A stretch of DNA of 64,000 nt from an uncultured Collinsella sp. (GTDB taxonomy: Bacteria > Actinomycetota > Coriobacteriia > Coriobacteriales > Coriobacteriaceae): positions 3,918 through 67,917 of the forward strand of contig CAAENX010000012.1 in the NCBI GenBank assembly GCA_900757495.1. Direction: 5' to 3'. This document shows positions 27,113-37,389 of this stretch, one piece after another; the stretch's first letter is position 1; every line of letters begins with the position of its first letter. The translations under genes and the position numbers were made by a program. The notes under the pieces are model-generated. The model searched no databases. It worked only from the letters and a program-made list of their open reading frames with translations, and was not told the origin of the DNA.

Positions 27113-28492
27113 ATGAACACCGAGGAAATTGCGCGCATCGTCGGCAATCAGCGCACTTACTTTAAGACGCATGCCACGTTTGATGTCGATACTCGCCGCC
27201 GTGCACTGGTGCGCCTGCGCGATGCGGTTCGTGCGCACGAGGGCGATATCGCCCATGCGCTCAAGACCGATCTGGGTAAGTCACATGACGAGGCATATAT
27301 GTGCGAGATCGGCACGTCGCTTTCCGAGATTCGTCATCAGATCGCTCATGTGGCTCGATGGAGTCGTCCGCGCCTGCGTCCGTGTGACCTCGCTAACGCC
27401 GTGAGCGTGTGCAAAACGCAAGCCGTGCCCTATGGCGTCACGCTCATCATGGCGCCCTGGAACTATCCGTTTTTGCTGACGCTCGAGCCGCTCGCCGGCG
27501 CGCTCGCTGCGGGTAACACCGTGGTCATCAAGCCGAGTGCCTATGCGCCGGCTTCGAGCACGGTGCTCAGACAGATTTGCGAGGAAGCGTTTGACCCCCG
27601 TTTGGTGACGGTTGTCGAGGGCGGGCGCGCCGAGAATGAGGCGCTGCTCGATGAATGCTGGGACAAAATCTTCTTTACCGGTAGTGTTCCGGTCGGCAAG
27701 CTCGTCATGGAGCGCGCAAGTAAAAACCTTACGCCCGTGACGCTCGAGCTGGGCGGAAAGAGCCCCTGCATTGTGGACGCGACGGCAAACTTGAAGGTCG
27801 CGGCACGGCGCATCGCCTTTGGTAAGTGGCTCAACGTGGGGCAGACCTGCGTGGCGCCCGACTACCTGCTGGTCGACGTGCGCGTGCACGATGAGTTGTT
27901 GGGCCTCATCAAGGAGGAGGTCCGTCGCATGTTTGGCGAGTACCCGCTCGACAACGAGGACTACGGGCATATCGTCAACGCCAAGCATTTTGCGCGCGTG
28001 CGCGGGCTGATCGATCCCGATAAGGTCGTGCTTGGAGGTGCCGCGCGCGAGACTTCGTTCAAGATCGAGCCGACGATTTTGGACGGCGTGACCCCCGATG
28101 ACGCCGTGATGCAGGAGGAGATCTTCGGCCCCATCTTACCGGTTCTGACGTTTGAGAGCCTGGATGAGGCCGAGGTGTTCATCACGAATCGCCCGACGCC
28201 GCTGGCCCTGTATATCTTTAGCCAGGACCGTGCGACCCAGCAGCGCTTTGTTCGCTACGTGCCCTTTGGTGGTGGCTGTGTTAATGACACCATTATGCAT
28301 TTGGCCACGAGCCATATGGGCTTTGGCGGCATGGGGGCGAGCGGTATGGGACAGTACCATGGACGCGAGAGCTTCGATACCTTTAGCCACAAGAAGAGCA
28401 TCGTGAACAAGGCAACCTGGCTGGACGTGCCATTCCGCTATGCCCCTTACGCAAGCTGGAAGCACAAGTTCGTGCGCATGTTTGTGCATTAG
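27113..28492 (+). CDS. Aldehyde dehydrogenase (ALDH3/YwdH-like)
   Basis: PWNYP, FTGS, LELGGKSP, GQTCVAPDY, EEIFGP. Confidence 0.93.
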   Translation: MNTEEIARIVGNQRTYFKTHATFDVDTRRRALVRLRDAVRAHEGDIAHALKTDLGKSHDEAYMCEIGTSLSEIRHQIAHVARWSRPRLRPCDLANAVSVCKTQAVPYGVTLIMAPWNYPFLLTLEPLAGALAAGNTVVIKPSAYAPASSTVLRQICEEAFDPRLVTVVEGGRAENEALLDECWDKIFFTGSVPVGKLVMERASKNLTPVTLELGGKSPCIVDATANLKVAARRIAFGKWLNVGQTCVAPDYLLVDVRVHDELLGLIKEEVRRMFGEYPLDNEDYGHIVNAKHFARVRGLIDPDKVVLGGAARETSFKIEPTILDGVTPDDAVMQEEIFGPILPVLTFESLDEAEVFITNRPTPLALYIFSQDRATQQRFVRYVPFGGGCVNDTIMHLATSHMGFGGMGASGMGQYHGRESFDTFSHKKSIVNKATWLDVPFRYAPYASWKHKFVRMFVH

Positions 28493-28510
28493 AAAAGGGT
28501 GCGGGTAATA

Positions 28511-28524
28511 CGAACAGATGTTCC
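28511..28524. promoter_or_regulatory. Putative LexA (SOS) box inside the ALDH terminator loop
   Basis: CGAAC-AGAT-GTTCC matches Gram-positive GAAC-N4-GTTC; overlaps the -35 (TTCCTA) of a promoter with -10 TAGACT at 28544. Confidence 0.6.
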
Positions 28525-28597
28525 TATTACCCGCATTTTGCGTTAGACTACTGCTATGGAGCACGGATGGGCCAACTCCCTTTAGAAGGGATTTGGT

Positions 28598-28681
28598 ATG
28601 AACGTAAGCGATGTTATTTCGTTATTGGCGTTGTTGATCGCGGCTATCGAACTCGGCCTGTTTATCGGCCGAATGAAATAG
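28598..28681 (+). CDS. 27-aa hydrophobic peptide, putative type I toxin
   Basis: MNVSDVISLLALLIAAIELGLFIGRMK; SD AGAAGGGA sequestered in a hairpin; below the ORF-track cut-off. Confidence 0.65.
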   Translation: MNVSDVISLLALLIAAIELGLFIGRMK

Positions 28682-28770
28682 CCGCCCCCGCGTAAGCGAA
28701 GACGGCCACTTCTCACGATGAAAACGTGTATCGGAGTTGGCAAGACCCGCTGCCACGGGTGCCATCCGCG
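28670..28770 (-). ncRNA. Putative antisense antitoxin RNA (ends approximate)
   Basis: Minus-strand promoter TTGCGC-17bp-TAAGAT at 28804-28776 pointing into the peptide 3' UTR. Confidence 0.45.
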
Positions 28771-28915
28771 TTCCTATCTTATCTGCAAGCGTTCCGTCGC
28801 GCAAGCGTTGCGGCAAACGATTGAAAGACGCAGACAGGATGAATTTGTGTCCGCACGGGCCCGTAGACTTCTCAACTATGTTGTGGATGCTCGCTAATCG
28901 GTAATGGAGGCGCAC

Positions 28916-29095
28916 GTGTTTGATGACGATGACCTGTTCGATCTGACAGACGATCCGTTTGAGTGGGATATGCTGCTCGATGACGATGAGTTGGAGCAGG
29001 ACCGTAAGAAGCGGCAGGGCAAGAAGGCGCGGGATGACGCTTCGAAAAAGCAGGACAAGCGTCGCCGAGGTCTGTTCGGCGGGCTCTTTGGGTAA
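28916..29095 (+). CDS. Small hypothetical protein, acidic N-half and basic C-half
   Basis: GGAGG before GTG at 28916; host-like codon usage. Confidence 0.55.
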   Translation: MFDDDDLFDLTDDPFEWDMLLDDDELEQDRKKRQGKKARDDASKKQDKRRRGLFGGLFG

Positions 29096-29161
29096 CCGTC
29101 GTATCGCTGCGTCTGTATACTAAACAGGTCTTATACGCGCTGCGAAATGAGGGCATAGACG

Positions 29162-29707
29162 ATGATGTGGTTTACCGCCGATCTGCACCTGGGCGATACG
29201 AATATCTTGCACGACGTGGATCGACCGTTTGATTCGGTCGAGGAGATGAACCGCAAGGTCATCGATGCCATCAATGAGTGCGTGGCTGTGGACGACCGCC
29301 TCTATATCTTGGGAGACTTTACCTATCGTTTGCCCCTGGCGGAGGCGGTGCGCCTGCGCGAGCGCATCGAATGTCAGAACGTAACGCTCATCCGCGGTAA
29401 CCATGACGGCGACTGGGAAGATCGAGACGCGCCGCACATTTGGGATGAGGTGCGCGATTATCTGGAGGTCGCCCCCGGTTACGCTAAGGGCCATCGCCTG
29501 GTAATGAGCCATTACCCCATGCTCAGCTGGAACGGCAAGGCGCGTGGCGCCATCATGCTGCACGGGCATATCCACAGCAGGGGAGACCGCACCAACGCGC
29601 GCAACCGCGATCGCGAGCGCCCCATCTTTCGCTATGATGTCGGCCTCGATGCCAACGAGTACAAGCCCGTAAGCCGTGACCAAATCCTCGGCTTCTTTGG
29701 ACTGTAG
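29162..29707 (+). CDS. Calcineurin-like metallophosphoesterase
   Basis: DLH, LGD, GNHD, SHYP, HGHIH. Confidence 0.88.
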   Translation: MMWFTADLHLGDTNILHDVDRPFDSVEEMNRKVIDAINECVAVDDRLYILGDFTYRLPLAEAVRLRERIECQNVTLIRGNHDGDWEDRDAPHIWDEVRDYLEVAPGYAKGHRLVMSHYPMLSWNGKARGAIMLHGHIHSRGDRTNARNRDRERPIFRYDVGLDANEYKPVSRDQILGFFGL

Positions 29708-29714
29708 CCCTCAA

Positions 29715-29749
29715 ACCACCACAAAGGGGACAGGCACCTTTGTGGTGGT
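29715..29749. repeat. REP-like hairpin, family R2 (degenerate second copy at 30546-30578)
   Basis: ACCACCACAAAGG-GGACAGGCA-CCTTTGTGGTGGT; the two copies flank the ChbG-like gene in direct orientation. Confidence 0.7.
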
Positions 29750-29771
29750 CCTTGCATAGATTGGAGTCGCT

Positions 29772-30536
29772 ATGAAGCAATTGCTCATTCGTGCCGACGA
29801 TATCGGTTATTCGTATGCCGTTAACCTGGGGATTGCCCGCAGCATCAATGAGGGTCTGGTGCGCTCGGCGGGCTTGATGCCCAATATGCCCGAGGCCGAG
29901 CGTGGCTGGTCGCTCGTGGCGGACGCCGGCATTGCGGTGGGCCAGCATACCAACGTGTGCCTGGGCAAGCCGTGTGCCGACCCGGAGCTCATTCCGAGTA
30001 TGCTCAACGAGAGCGGTGAGTTCCATAGCAGCCGTACCTTCCGCGAGCATTTTAAGCGCGGCGAAGAACTGATCGACTTTGATGAGGCCTGCATCGAGAT
30101 TCGCGCGCAGCATGACCGCTTTGTCGAGATCGTGGGCCGCGAACCCGATTACTTTGAGGCCCATGCCGTCATGGGCAAAAACCTTAACCGAGCGATCTCG
30201 GCGGTTGCTCAGGAACTGGGCCTTAAGGAACAGAAGGCGAGCTTCGACCCCACGGCGGTTGTGCGTTGCGGTGCCACCGACCTGCGCATGGTGATGCACT
30301 CGATGGAGCCGGGCTACGAACCCAAGGACTCGATTATGCGGACGGTTCGCGAGATGGCGGACGGCGAGACGGTCGTCTTTGTGTGCCATCCGGGCTATCT
30401 CGATCGTTTTATCTTGGAGAACAGCTCGCTTACGACCGATCGCACCAAGGAAGTCGATGCGCTGACCGACCCCGAGCTTCGCGCTTGGCTTGAGTCTCAA
30501 TCCGATCTTCGCCTGATCGACTACCGCGACCTGTAA
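29772..30536 (+). CDS. ChbG/YdjC-family carbohydrate deacetylase
   Basis: RADDIG, GQH.N, EAH, CHPGY. Confidence 0.85.
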   Translation: MKQLLIRADDIGYSYAVNLGIARSINEGLVRSAGLMPNMPEAERGWSLVADAGIAVGQHTNVCLGKPCADPELIPSMLNESGEFHSSRTFREHFKRGEELIDFDEACIEIRAQHDRFVEIVGREPDYFEAHAVMGKNLNRAISAVAQELGLKEQKASFDPTAVVRCGATDLRMVMHSMEPGYEPKDSIMRTVREMADGETVVFVCHPGYLDRFILENSSLTTDRTKEVDALTDPELRAWLESQSDLRLIDYRDL

Positions 30537-30675
30537 GGACCCAAGCCACCACAAAGGGGATAGGCACCCTCGCGGTGGATCTGGCGCCGTTGCCATTATG
30601 GCTGCGGCGCCTTTTTTGTCCGTGCGGCGCGGTAGAGTGTAGGCGGTTGAAATTTGCGTCCATCGAGGAGCGGCT

Positions 30676-32433
30676 ATGAATGAGATCAAGTGCCCGCATT
30701 GTGGCGAAGTTTTTAAGGTCGATGCGTCTGGCTATGCGGATATCGTCAAGCAAGTACGCGATGCCGAGTTTTCGCGCGATCTGAATGAGCGTGTGAAGGC
30801 AGTCCGGCGCGAGGGCGAGCAGGCGCTGGAACTTGAGCGCTCGCGTTCGACGGCTGCCTTGCAGGAGGCAGAGTCTCAGCGCAACGCTCAGCTTGCCGAG
30901 CAGAAGAACACTGCGGAGCAGAAGCTGGCACAAGAGGTTGCCAAGCGCGATGCTGAGCTTGCCGAGCTGCGCGCCAAGCTCGAGGGCGCCGCCACAGAGC
31001 GCGAGAGTGCAAGCCAGCGCGCGGCGGTTGAGGCCCGCGCCGATGCTCAAAAGGAAAACGCCGAGCTTCAGCGAGAAATCGACAATTTGCGTGCGCAGCT
31101 GGAGCGCAAAGATGACGAAGCCAAGCTCGTCGAGTCGGCGGCGCGCAATGCTGCTCAAAACGATTTAGCTGCACGTGATGCTCAGATTGCCGAGCTGCAG
31201 GCCAGGCTTGCCGCGGCGGACAAGGCCCAGGAGATGGCGCTTGCCGCTGCCGCGGCTGAGTCGCAGCGTGAGCTCGATGCCGCTCGCAGCGAGGCCGAGC
31301 GCGCACTTGCTGACTACCGCGCGACGGTACAGGAGAAGTTTTCTGCCGCAAAGGCTCAGTCCGAGCAAGAGGCCGAGGGTCTGCGTGCCCAGCTGCGCGA
31401 GCAGGAACTGATGGCAAAAATGAACCTGTCGGAGGCGGTTGCCGCGGCGGAGCGAGAGCGCGATGAGGCGCGTGCCAAACTGACGAGCGAGCTGGCGGTG
31501 CGCGATTCGCGCGAAGAGCAGGCCAAGGCAGCACATGAGCTCGAGCTTGCGCAGGCCAAGCGCGCGAGCGATGACCTGATTCGCTACAAGGATGAAGAGA
31601 TCGAGCGCCTTAAGGACATGAAGGTCCGCCTGTCCACCAAGATGGTGGGCGAGTCGCTCGAACAGCACTGCGAGACCGAGTTTAACCGTCTGCGTATGAC
31701 GGCGTTTCCTAACGCGTACTTCGAGAAAGATAACGATGCGTCCGAGGGCACCAAGGGCGACTTTATCTTCCGCGAGTGCGACGCGAGCGGCAACGAGCTC
31801 ATTTCGATTATGTTCGAGATGAAAAACGAGAACGACGAGACCGCGACCAAACATAAAAACGAGGACTTCTTTAAGAAACTCGATCACGATCGTCGCCAGA
31901 AAGGCTGTGAGTACGCGGTGCTCTGCACGCTGCTCGAGCCCGAGAGCGAGCTTTACAACGCGGGAATCGTGGACGTGAGCTATCGCTACGAGAAGATGTA
32001 TGTGATCCGCCCGCAGTTCTTCATTCCCATCATTACGCTGCTGCGCAATGCTGCCATGGGTTCGCTTCGCTATAAGCAGGAGCTGGCGGAGTACAAGCAG
32101 CAGAATATCGATGTCACGAACTTCGAAGCCAAGATGGAGAAGTTCAAGAACGATTTCGGCCGCAACTACGAGATCGCGAGCCGCAAGTTCCAAACGGCAA
32201 TCGATGAGATCGACAAGACGATTAGCCATCTGCAGAAAACCAAGGAGGCGTTGCTGTCCTCCGAGAACAATCTGCGCCTTGCCAACAAGAAAGCCGACGA
32301 TCTTACCATTCGCAAGCTCACGTGGGGCAACAAGACCATGAAGGCGGCGTTTGACGAGGCACGCGGGGCTGCGCCAGAGACAAACGATGAGCCAGCCGAG
32401 GCGGATTCGTATGAGGTCGAGGACGCCGAGTAA
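30676..32433 (+). CDS. DUF2130 domain protein (zinc knuckle, long coiled coil, conserved C-terminal domain)
   Basis: CPHCG..F.VD start; [35 protein letters not shown]. Confidence 0.8.
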   Translation: MNEIKCPHCGEVFKVDASGYADIVKQVRDAEFSRDLNERVKAVRREGEQALELERSRSTAALQEAESQRNAQLAEQKNTAEQKLAQEVAKRDAELAELRAKLEGAATERESASQRAAVEARADAQKENAELQREIDNLRAQLERKDDEAKLVESAARNAAQNDLAARDAQIAELQARLAAADKAQEMALAAAAAESQRELDAARSEAERALADYRATVQEKFSAAKAQSEQEAEGLRAQLREQELMAKMNLSEAVAAAERERDEARAKLTSELAVRDSREEQAKAAHELELAQAKRASDDLIRYKDEEIERLKDMKVRLSTKMVGESLEQHCETEFNRLRMTAFPNAYFEKDNDASEGTKGDFIFRECDASGNELISIMFEMKNENDETATKHKNEDFFKKLDHDRRQKGCEYAVLCTLLEPESELYNAGIVDVSYRYEKMYVIRPQFFIPIITLLRNAAMGSLRYKQELAEYKQQNIDVTNFEAKMEKFKNDFGRNYEIASRKFQTAIDEIDKTISHLQKTKEALLSSENNLRLANKKADDLTIRKLTWGNKTMKAAFDEARGAAPETNDEPAEADSYEVEDAE

Positions 32434-32512
32434 GGCATAGCGGATAGTGCAAAAGCGGGGCCGCTGGCGATGTTGCCAGCGGCCCCGCTTCGTTTCGTCC
32501 CATTCTGTTCGG

Positions 32513-35194
32513 CTAGTCCTCGAGCAGGTCCTCGATAAAGCCGACGCGGTAGTTTTTGAAAATGACCTCGCCGCCGTCTTGCGTGGCGTCCAGATCGACA
32601 TCGCCCATGATGCCAAAGTCGTGGTCGCCATCCTCGTCGGCAAAGATCTGGTGCACGTGCCACACGTGTACGGTCTTCTCATCGGACTCATCGATGGAAA
32701 ACATCGCGGCACTGCGGGCATCTCCGTCGGTGAGGATCTCCTCGTGCTGCTCGTGGTAGGCATCGAGCGCCTTTTGCCAGCGGATCTCGCTCATGCCCCA
32801 GTCGTCGTCGAGCTCGCCCAGGTCGCGAACGTGCTCGCGAGCGGCAAGGGTCACGCGGCGGAAGAGCGCGTTGCGCACCAACAGCGTGCAGCCGCGACGG
32901 TCCGCAACGACCTCGTCGATACCCTGCGGCGGCGCGGCGTCGAGGGCTGCCGGGTTGCCGGCGTTCTCCCACTCGTCCACCAGGCTCGAGTCCACCGAGC
33001 GCACCACAAAGCCCAGCCACGAGATAATGTCGCGCAAGCGCTCATCGCGCTTCTCAATGGGTACGGTGCGATCGAGGGAACGGTAGGCCTCGGCTAGGTA
33101 GCGCAGCAGAATGCCCTCGGAGCGGGCGATGCCGAGCTTTTGAATGTAACCCTTAAAATCGCTCGCGCTTTCCAGCATATCGCGCAGAACGCTCTTGGGA
33201 GAGAGCTGGTAGTCGTTTGCCCAGGGCACTTCCTGGCAGTACTTGTCAAAGGCGGCGTCGAGCAAATCCTCGAGCGGCTTTTCGTACGTGACGTCTTGGA
33301 TGCGTTCCAGACGCTCCTCATACTCGATGCCGTCGGCCTTCATCTCGGCCATAGCGCGATCGCGTGCGGCGCGCTCCTGTGCGCGCAGCACCTGCTTGGG
33401 ATCCTCGAGCGTTGCCTCGACCATTGAGATTAAATCCATGGTATAGGTCTCGCTCTCGGGATCGAGCAGCTCCAACGCGGCAAGCAGGAACGGCGAGAGC
33501 GGCTGATCGAGCGCGAAGTCCTCGGGCAGATCGACCGTCAGCGCATAGTCGATGTCTGGTGCGGCGTCAGTCGGGGCGTCGGGTGCGGGCGGCACCTCGG
33601 TTCGAACGACGACGCCGGAATCGATGAGCGTGGCGAAGATTTCGTCGGCACGAACCTCGAGCTTGGCCTTTTCCTCGGGCGTTTGCAGGCTTGTCTCGAT
33701 GAGGTCATGCACGCGGGCGCGGGCGTCGCCGCCCTGCTCGACCACGCTAATCACCATGGAGTGTGTGATGCGCAGGCGCGGCTTGAGCGTCTCGGGCTGC
33801 GTCTCGATCAGGCGCTCAAAGGTCTGCTTGTTCCAGGTGACAAAGCCCTCGGGGGCCTTCTTCTTTTTAATCTTGCGGAGCTTCTTGGGGTCGTCGCCCG
33901 CCTTGGCCATGAGCTTGGCGTTCTCGATCTCGTGCTCGGGTGCCTCGGCGATCACCATGCCCTCGGTATCGAAGCCCGAGCGGCCGGCGCGACCGGCAAT
34001 CTGATGGAACTCGCGGGCGCGCAGACGACGCATCTTGTAGCCATCGAACTTGGTGAGCGCGGTGAGCACCACGGTGTGGATGGGTACGTTGATGCCGACG
34101 CCGAGCGTATCGGTACCGCAGATGACGGGCAGCAGGCCCTGCTGCGCTAAGCGCTCGACCAACAGGCGATAGCGCGGCAACATGCCGGCATGGTGCACGC
34201 CGACGCCGCAGCCGAGCAAGCGCTTGAGGATCTTGCCGAAGGCTGTCGAGAAGCTCGTTCCCTTTGCCGCTTCTTTGATGGCCTCGCGCTGCTCCTTGCT
34301 GGCGATGCCAAAATTGGCGAGCGATTGTGCCGTCGCAAGGGCGGCATCCTGGCTAAAGTGCACGATATAAAGTGGGGCCTCTCCGCGGCGCATCGCGAGC
34401 TCGACGGTGCCCTCGAGAGAGGTCGTTACATAGTCGTAGCTCAGCGGAACAGGGCGCGGGGCATCGACGACCAAGTCGCAAGCAGCGCCGGTGTGCTCCT
34501 CGAGTGAGGCGGCGATGGCGGTGACATCGCCGAGCGTGGCGCTCATGAGCATAAACTGCGTGTGGGGCAGGGTGAGCAGCGGCACCTGCCAGGCCCAGCC
34601 GCGGTCGGGGTCGGCAAAGTAGTGGAACTCGTCCATGGACACGCAGCCCACATCGGCGTCCTCACCCTCGCGGAGCGCATCGTTGGCAAGGATTTCGGCC
34701 GTGCAGCAGATGACGGGTGCCTTGGTGTTGATATGCGTGTCGCCGGTGATCATGCCGACGTTATCGCGGCCGAGCACCTGCACAAGGTCGAAGAACTTTT
34801 CGCTGACCAGGGCCTTGATGGGGGCCGTGTAATAACAGCGCTTACCCTGCGCCATGCCCATAAAGAGCATGCCCAGCGCGACGAGCGATTTACCCGATCC
34901 GGTCGGCGTGCCCAAAATGACGTGATCGCCGGCGGCCAGGTCCATGAGGGCCTCTTCTTGGTGATCCCACAGCTCAATGCCGCGGTCGCTCGTCCATTCA
35001 AAGAAGCGTTCGAAGGCCTGATCGGGCGTGAGCCATGGTTCGGGCTCGCTGCCGTCCTCGGGCTCCCACCAGGTGGGGGAGAGCGCGCCGAGCGAGCCGA
35101 ACTCGGCTTCGGTTCCCGTGCCGCCCGAGAATGAGCTGGCGGCGCCGGCGCCGGAGACGGTGCTGGCGGCGGTATCTGTCGTGGTCTGTGCCAT
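32513..35194 (-). CDS. Ski2/HelY-like DExH helicase with DUF3516-type C-terminus
   Basis: PTGSGKS, PIKAL, DEFH, SAT, QIAGRAGR. Confidence 0.88.
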   Translation of the reverse strand: MAQTTTDTAASTVSGAGAASSFSGGTGTEAEFGSLGALSPTWWEPEDGSEPEPWLTPDQAFERFFEWTSDRGIELWDHQEEALMDLAAGDHVILGTPTGSGKSLVALGMLFMGMAQGKRCYYTAPIKALVSEKFFDLVQVLGRDNVGMITGDTHINTKAPVICCTAEILANDALREGEDADVGCVSMDEFHYFADPDRGWAWQVPLLTLPHTQFMLMSATLGDVTAIAASLEEHTGAACDLVVDAPRPVPLSYDYVTTSLEGTVELAMRRGEAPLYIVHFSQDAALATAQSLANFGIASKEQREAIKEAAKGTSFSTAFGKILKRLLGCGVGVHHAGMLPRYRLLVERLAQQGLLPVICGTDTLGVGINVPIHTVVLTALTKFDGYKMRRLRAREFHQIAGRAGRSGFDTEGMVIAEAPEHEIENAKLMAKAGDDPKKLRKIKKKKAPEGFVTWNKQTFERLIETQPETLKPRLRITHSMVISVVEQGGDARARVHDLIETSLQTPEEKAKLEVRADEIFATLIDSGVVVRTEVPPAPDAPTDAAPDIDYALTVDLPEDFALDQPLSPFLLAALELLDPESETYTMDLISMVEATLEDPKQVLRAQERAARDRAMAEMKADGIEYEERLERIQDVTYEKPLEDLLDAAFDKYCQEVPWANDYQLSPKSVLRDMLESASDFKGYIQKLGIARSEGILLRYLAEAYRSLDRTVPIEKRDERLRDIISWLGFVVRSVDSSLVDEWENAGNPAALDAAPPQGIDEVVADRRGCTLLVRNALFRRVTLAAREHVRDLGELDDDWGMSEIRWQKALDAYHEQHEEILTDGDARSAAMFSIDESDEKTVHVWHVHQIFADEDGDHDFGIMGDVDLDATQDGGEVIFKNYRVGFIEDLLED

Positions 35195-35292
35195 GTGGTT
35201 GCTTTCTCTCGCGATTGTCCGCCAACTATTATGGCGTAGCGTCGCATCGATGCGTTCGCAGGCAAGAAAATGCAGGAAATGGGCGCGTGAAG

Positions 35293-36132
35293 TTAGTGCT
35301 CTTGCGGCAGGCGCTTCTTGCCTTTGCGAGCACGGTTTCTAAAGTTCTCGACGGCTTCTTCCATGCCCAGAGGTACATAGGTGAGCTCATCGAGGTTATC
35401 GGGCAGGTAGCAGGCAAGGCTTTGCTCCTGCGCGCGGCCCGTCGCGAGCTGTTCATCGCTGGGTTGTGCGCCGGGTGTGGCGCAAATGCCATAGACGACG
35501 GCACCCATCTCGCGCGTGCGGCATTCATATTCGGTCTCGGGATGCTCGGGATGGTCGCGGCGGACGTCGTCGCTTACCCAAAGCGTATCGTAGCCGGCCG
35601 CGGCAAACTGTCCCAGGGCGTAATCGCGCAACGGCTTGCTATCGGTGCGCAGTGTGACGGTAGCGCCGGCTGAAAAGAGCGGGCGGTAGAGCATCAGATG
35701 GTCGACATGGACGAGTCGTTTTTTAGCGTACTTGGCCTTGGGCTGCGGCGTGGGAAAGTTAATGGTGATGGCATCGAGCTCGCCTGCGGCAAACAGCTGT
35801 GGCAGCGATGCGGCGCCTCGGGGCAGGACGAGTGCGTTGGATAGCCCCTGTTCGCAGATTTTCTGTGCGGCATAGGCGATGCAGATGGGCTCCTGGTCCA
35901 TGCCGATAAAGAGCGTGTCGGGCTCACGGCGAGCGCGCTCAACCAGATAGGTGCCTTTGCCGCAGCCCAGATCCAGATGAAGGTGTTCGAAGGGCTTGCT
36001 GCCTGCGGGCGCACAGGCCTTGCGCCAATCTCCGACATAGGCCTCGGGGTTCGTCTCAATCGCATCGGCGTAGCGCTCCAGGCGCTCCTCGAGCACAAAG
36101 TTCTTAGGCGTGCGAACGTGGACGGCTCCCAT
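35293..36132 (-). CDS. trmB: tRNA (guanine-N7)-methyltransferase
   Basis: DLGCGKG, NFPTPQPK...KRL, RTD, TEYE. Confidence 0.8.
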   Translation of the reverse strand: MGAVHVRTPKNFVLEERLERYADAIETNPEAYVGDWRKACAPAGSKPFEHLHLDLGCGKGTYLVERARREPDTLFIGMDQEPICIAYAAQKICEQGLSNALVLPRGAASLPQLFAAGELDAITINFPTPQPKAKYAKKRLVHVDHLMLYRPLFSAGATVTLRTDSKPLRDYALGQFAAAGYDTLWVSDDVRRDHPEHPETEYECRTREMGAVVYGICATPGAQPSDEQLATGRAQEQSLACYLPDNLDELTYVPLGMEEAVENFRNRARKGKKRLPQEH

Positions 36133-36249
36133 GAGGCTCCTTGGTCATAAGTATGGAACGTATGGCTGCACGTTCCGTCAATGGGTTGAAAAGGGCGGGC
36201 ATAGATTGCCCGAAAGATGCGGTGTGGCTCGGTGGCGAGTCGTCGGTGC

Positions 36250-37122
36250 CTACAGGCGTTTGAGGATTACATAGCGGTTGAGCTCTCCGCTGCGACCGTC
36301 GGCATGGAAGCGCTCAAGCTCGCGTACGGGGACCTCACCGCTCTTGTAGAACGTGCGGACGCCGCGCACCAGGTCGGTGATCTGCTGATCGTCAAAGTGA
36401 TGGCAATAGCGGTAGGCGTGGCGGTCGTTTTGCCAGCCAATGAGGTGATCGCCGGCTTCAAACTGCGCTGAATCGTAACCCTCAAACGGCGGGGTGAGCT
36501 CGGCGCGGGCCTCGGCTCGAACGGCCTTGCGCGCCATGCGCTCGTCGTTCATAAACTCCCAAAAGCTGATGGCGATGATGCCGCCTGGGCGCGTCTGGCG
36601 CACCAGGGCGTCGAGCACGCGTACGCGGTACTCGCACGACGGCACGTGGTGCATAAAGCCAAAGCAGACCGAGATGTCGGCGAGCGGGGCGTCGAAAAGC
36701 GCGTCAGGCGCCTCGGCGGGATTGAGTTTCATGAGGGCATCGAGCACGTCGAGCTCCTGGAAGTGCAGGTTGGGAATGCGCAGCGCGTGGCCATGTGCAT
36801 CGATGGCCAGGTCTTGGCACGAGTCGACGCCGTAAAACTCAAACGGGCAGCTGGCATCTGCCGAGGGGTTTGCGCCGTCGACGCCCTTGGCGGCAAGTGC
36901 GCCGCCGGCGGCAAAGTTCTCGAATCGCATATTGCCGCAGGCGAGATCGAAGACGCGGACGGGATGCTCGATCGTGGCGACGTCGAGCTGTTCGAGCGCA
37001 ATGTCCATGGTGCGCACCCAGCCGGGCCACGGGGCCTGGCGCGTATCGGAAAAGGAGGCGGAGTGCTCGCGATAGAACGTGTTGTTGAGCTGGATGAGCG
37101 ATGAGGCGAAATCGCGGTTCAC
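36250..37122 (-). CDS. Class I SAM-dependent methyltransferase
   Basis: FY...A.SFSDTR..WPG, DLACGN.R, FMHHVP; GTG start after GGAGGGAG. Confidence 0.8.
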   Translation of the reverse strand: MNRDFASSLIQLNNTFYREHSASFSDTRQAPWPGWVRTMDIALEQLDVATIEHPVRVFDLACGNMRFENFAAGGALAAKGVDGANPSADASCPFEFYGVDSCQDLAIDAHGHALRIPNLHFQELDVLDALMKLNPAEAPDALFDAPLADISVCFGFMHHVPSCEYRVRVLDALVRQTRPGGIIAISFWEFMNDERMARKAVRAEARAELTPPFEGYDSAQFEAGDHLIGWQNDRHAYRYCHHFDDQQITDLVRGVRTFYKSGEVPVRELERFHADGRSGELNRYVILKRL

Positions 37123-37389
37123 GGCGCGGAACTCCCTCCGTTGGCGGTGCGGAATTAACAGTACGACCATACTACCGTTAACGCCGCAACGGGGACAACC
37201 GAACTGCGGGTCATTGCTTTGTTTGGACACATTTCCGCAGCTCATATGTGCCCGCAACCGCCGGTTGTCAAAAATCTCACTAGAATAGGTGGCATGCTTT
37301 TGGCGGTGGCGGATAGATTTTTAACTGTGCAAGGCGCCTTAAGAACAAAAACGGTCCGGCGGCACGGCTGGCATAACATAGGAGGAACC

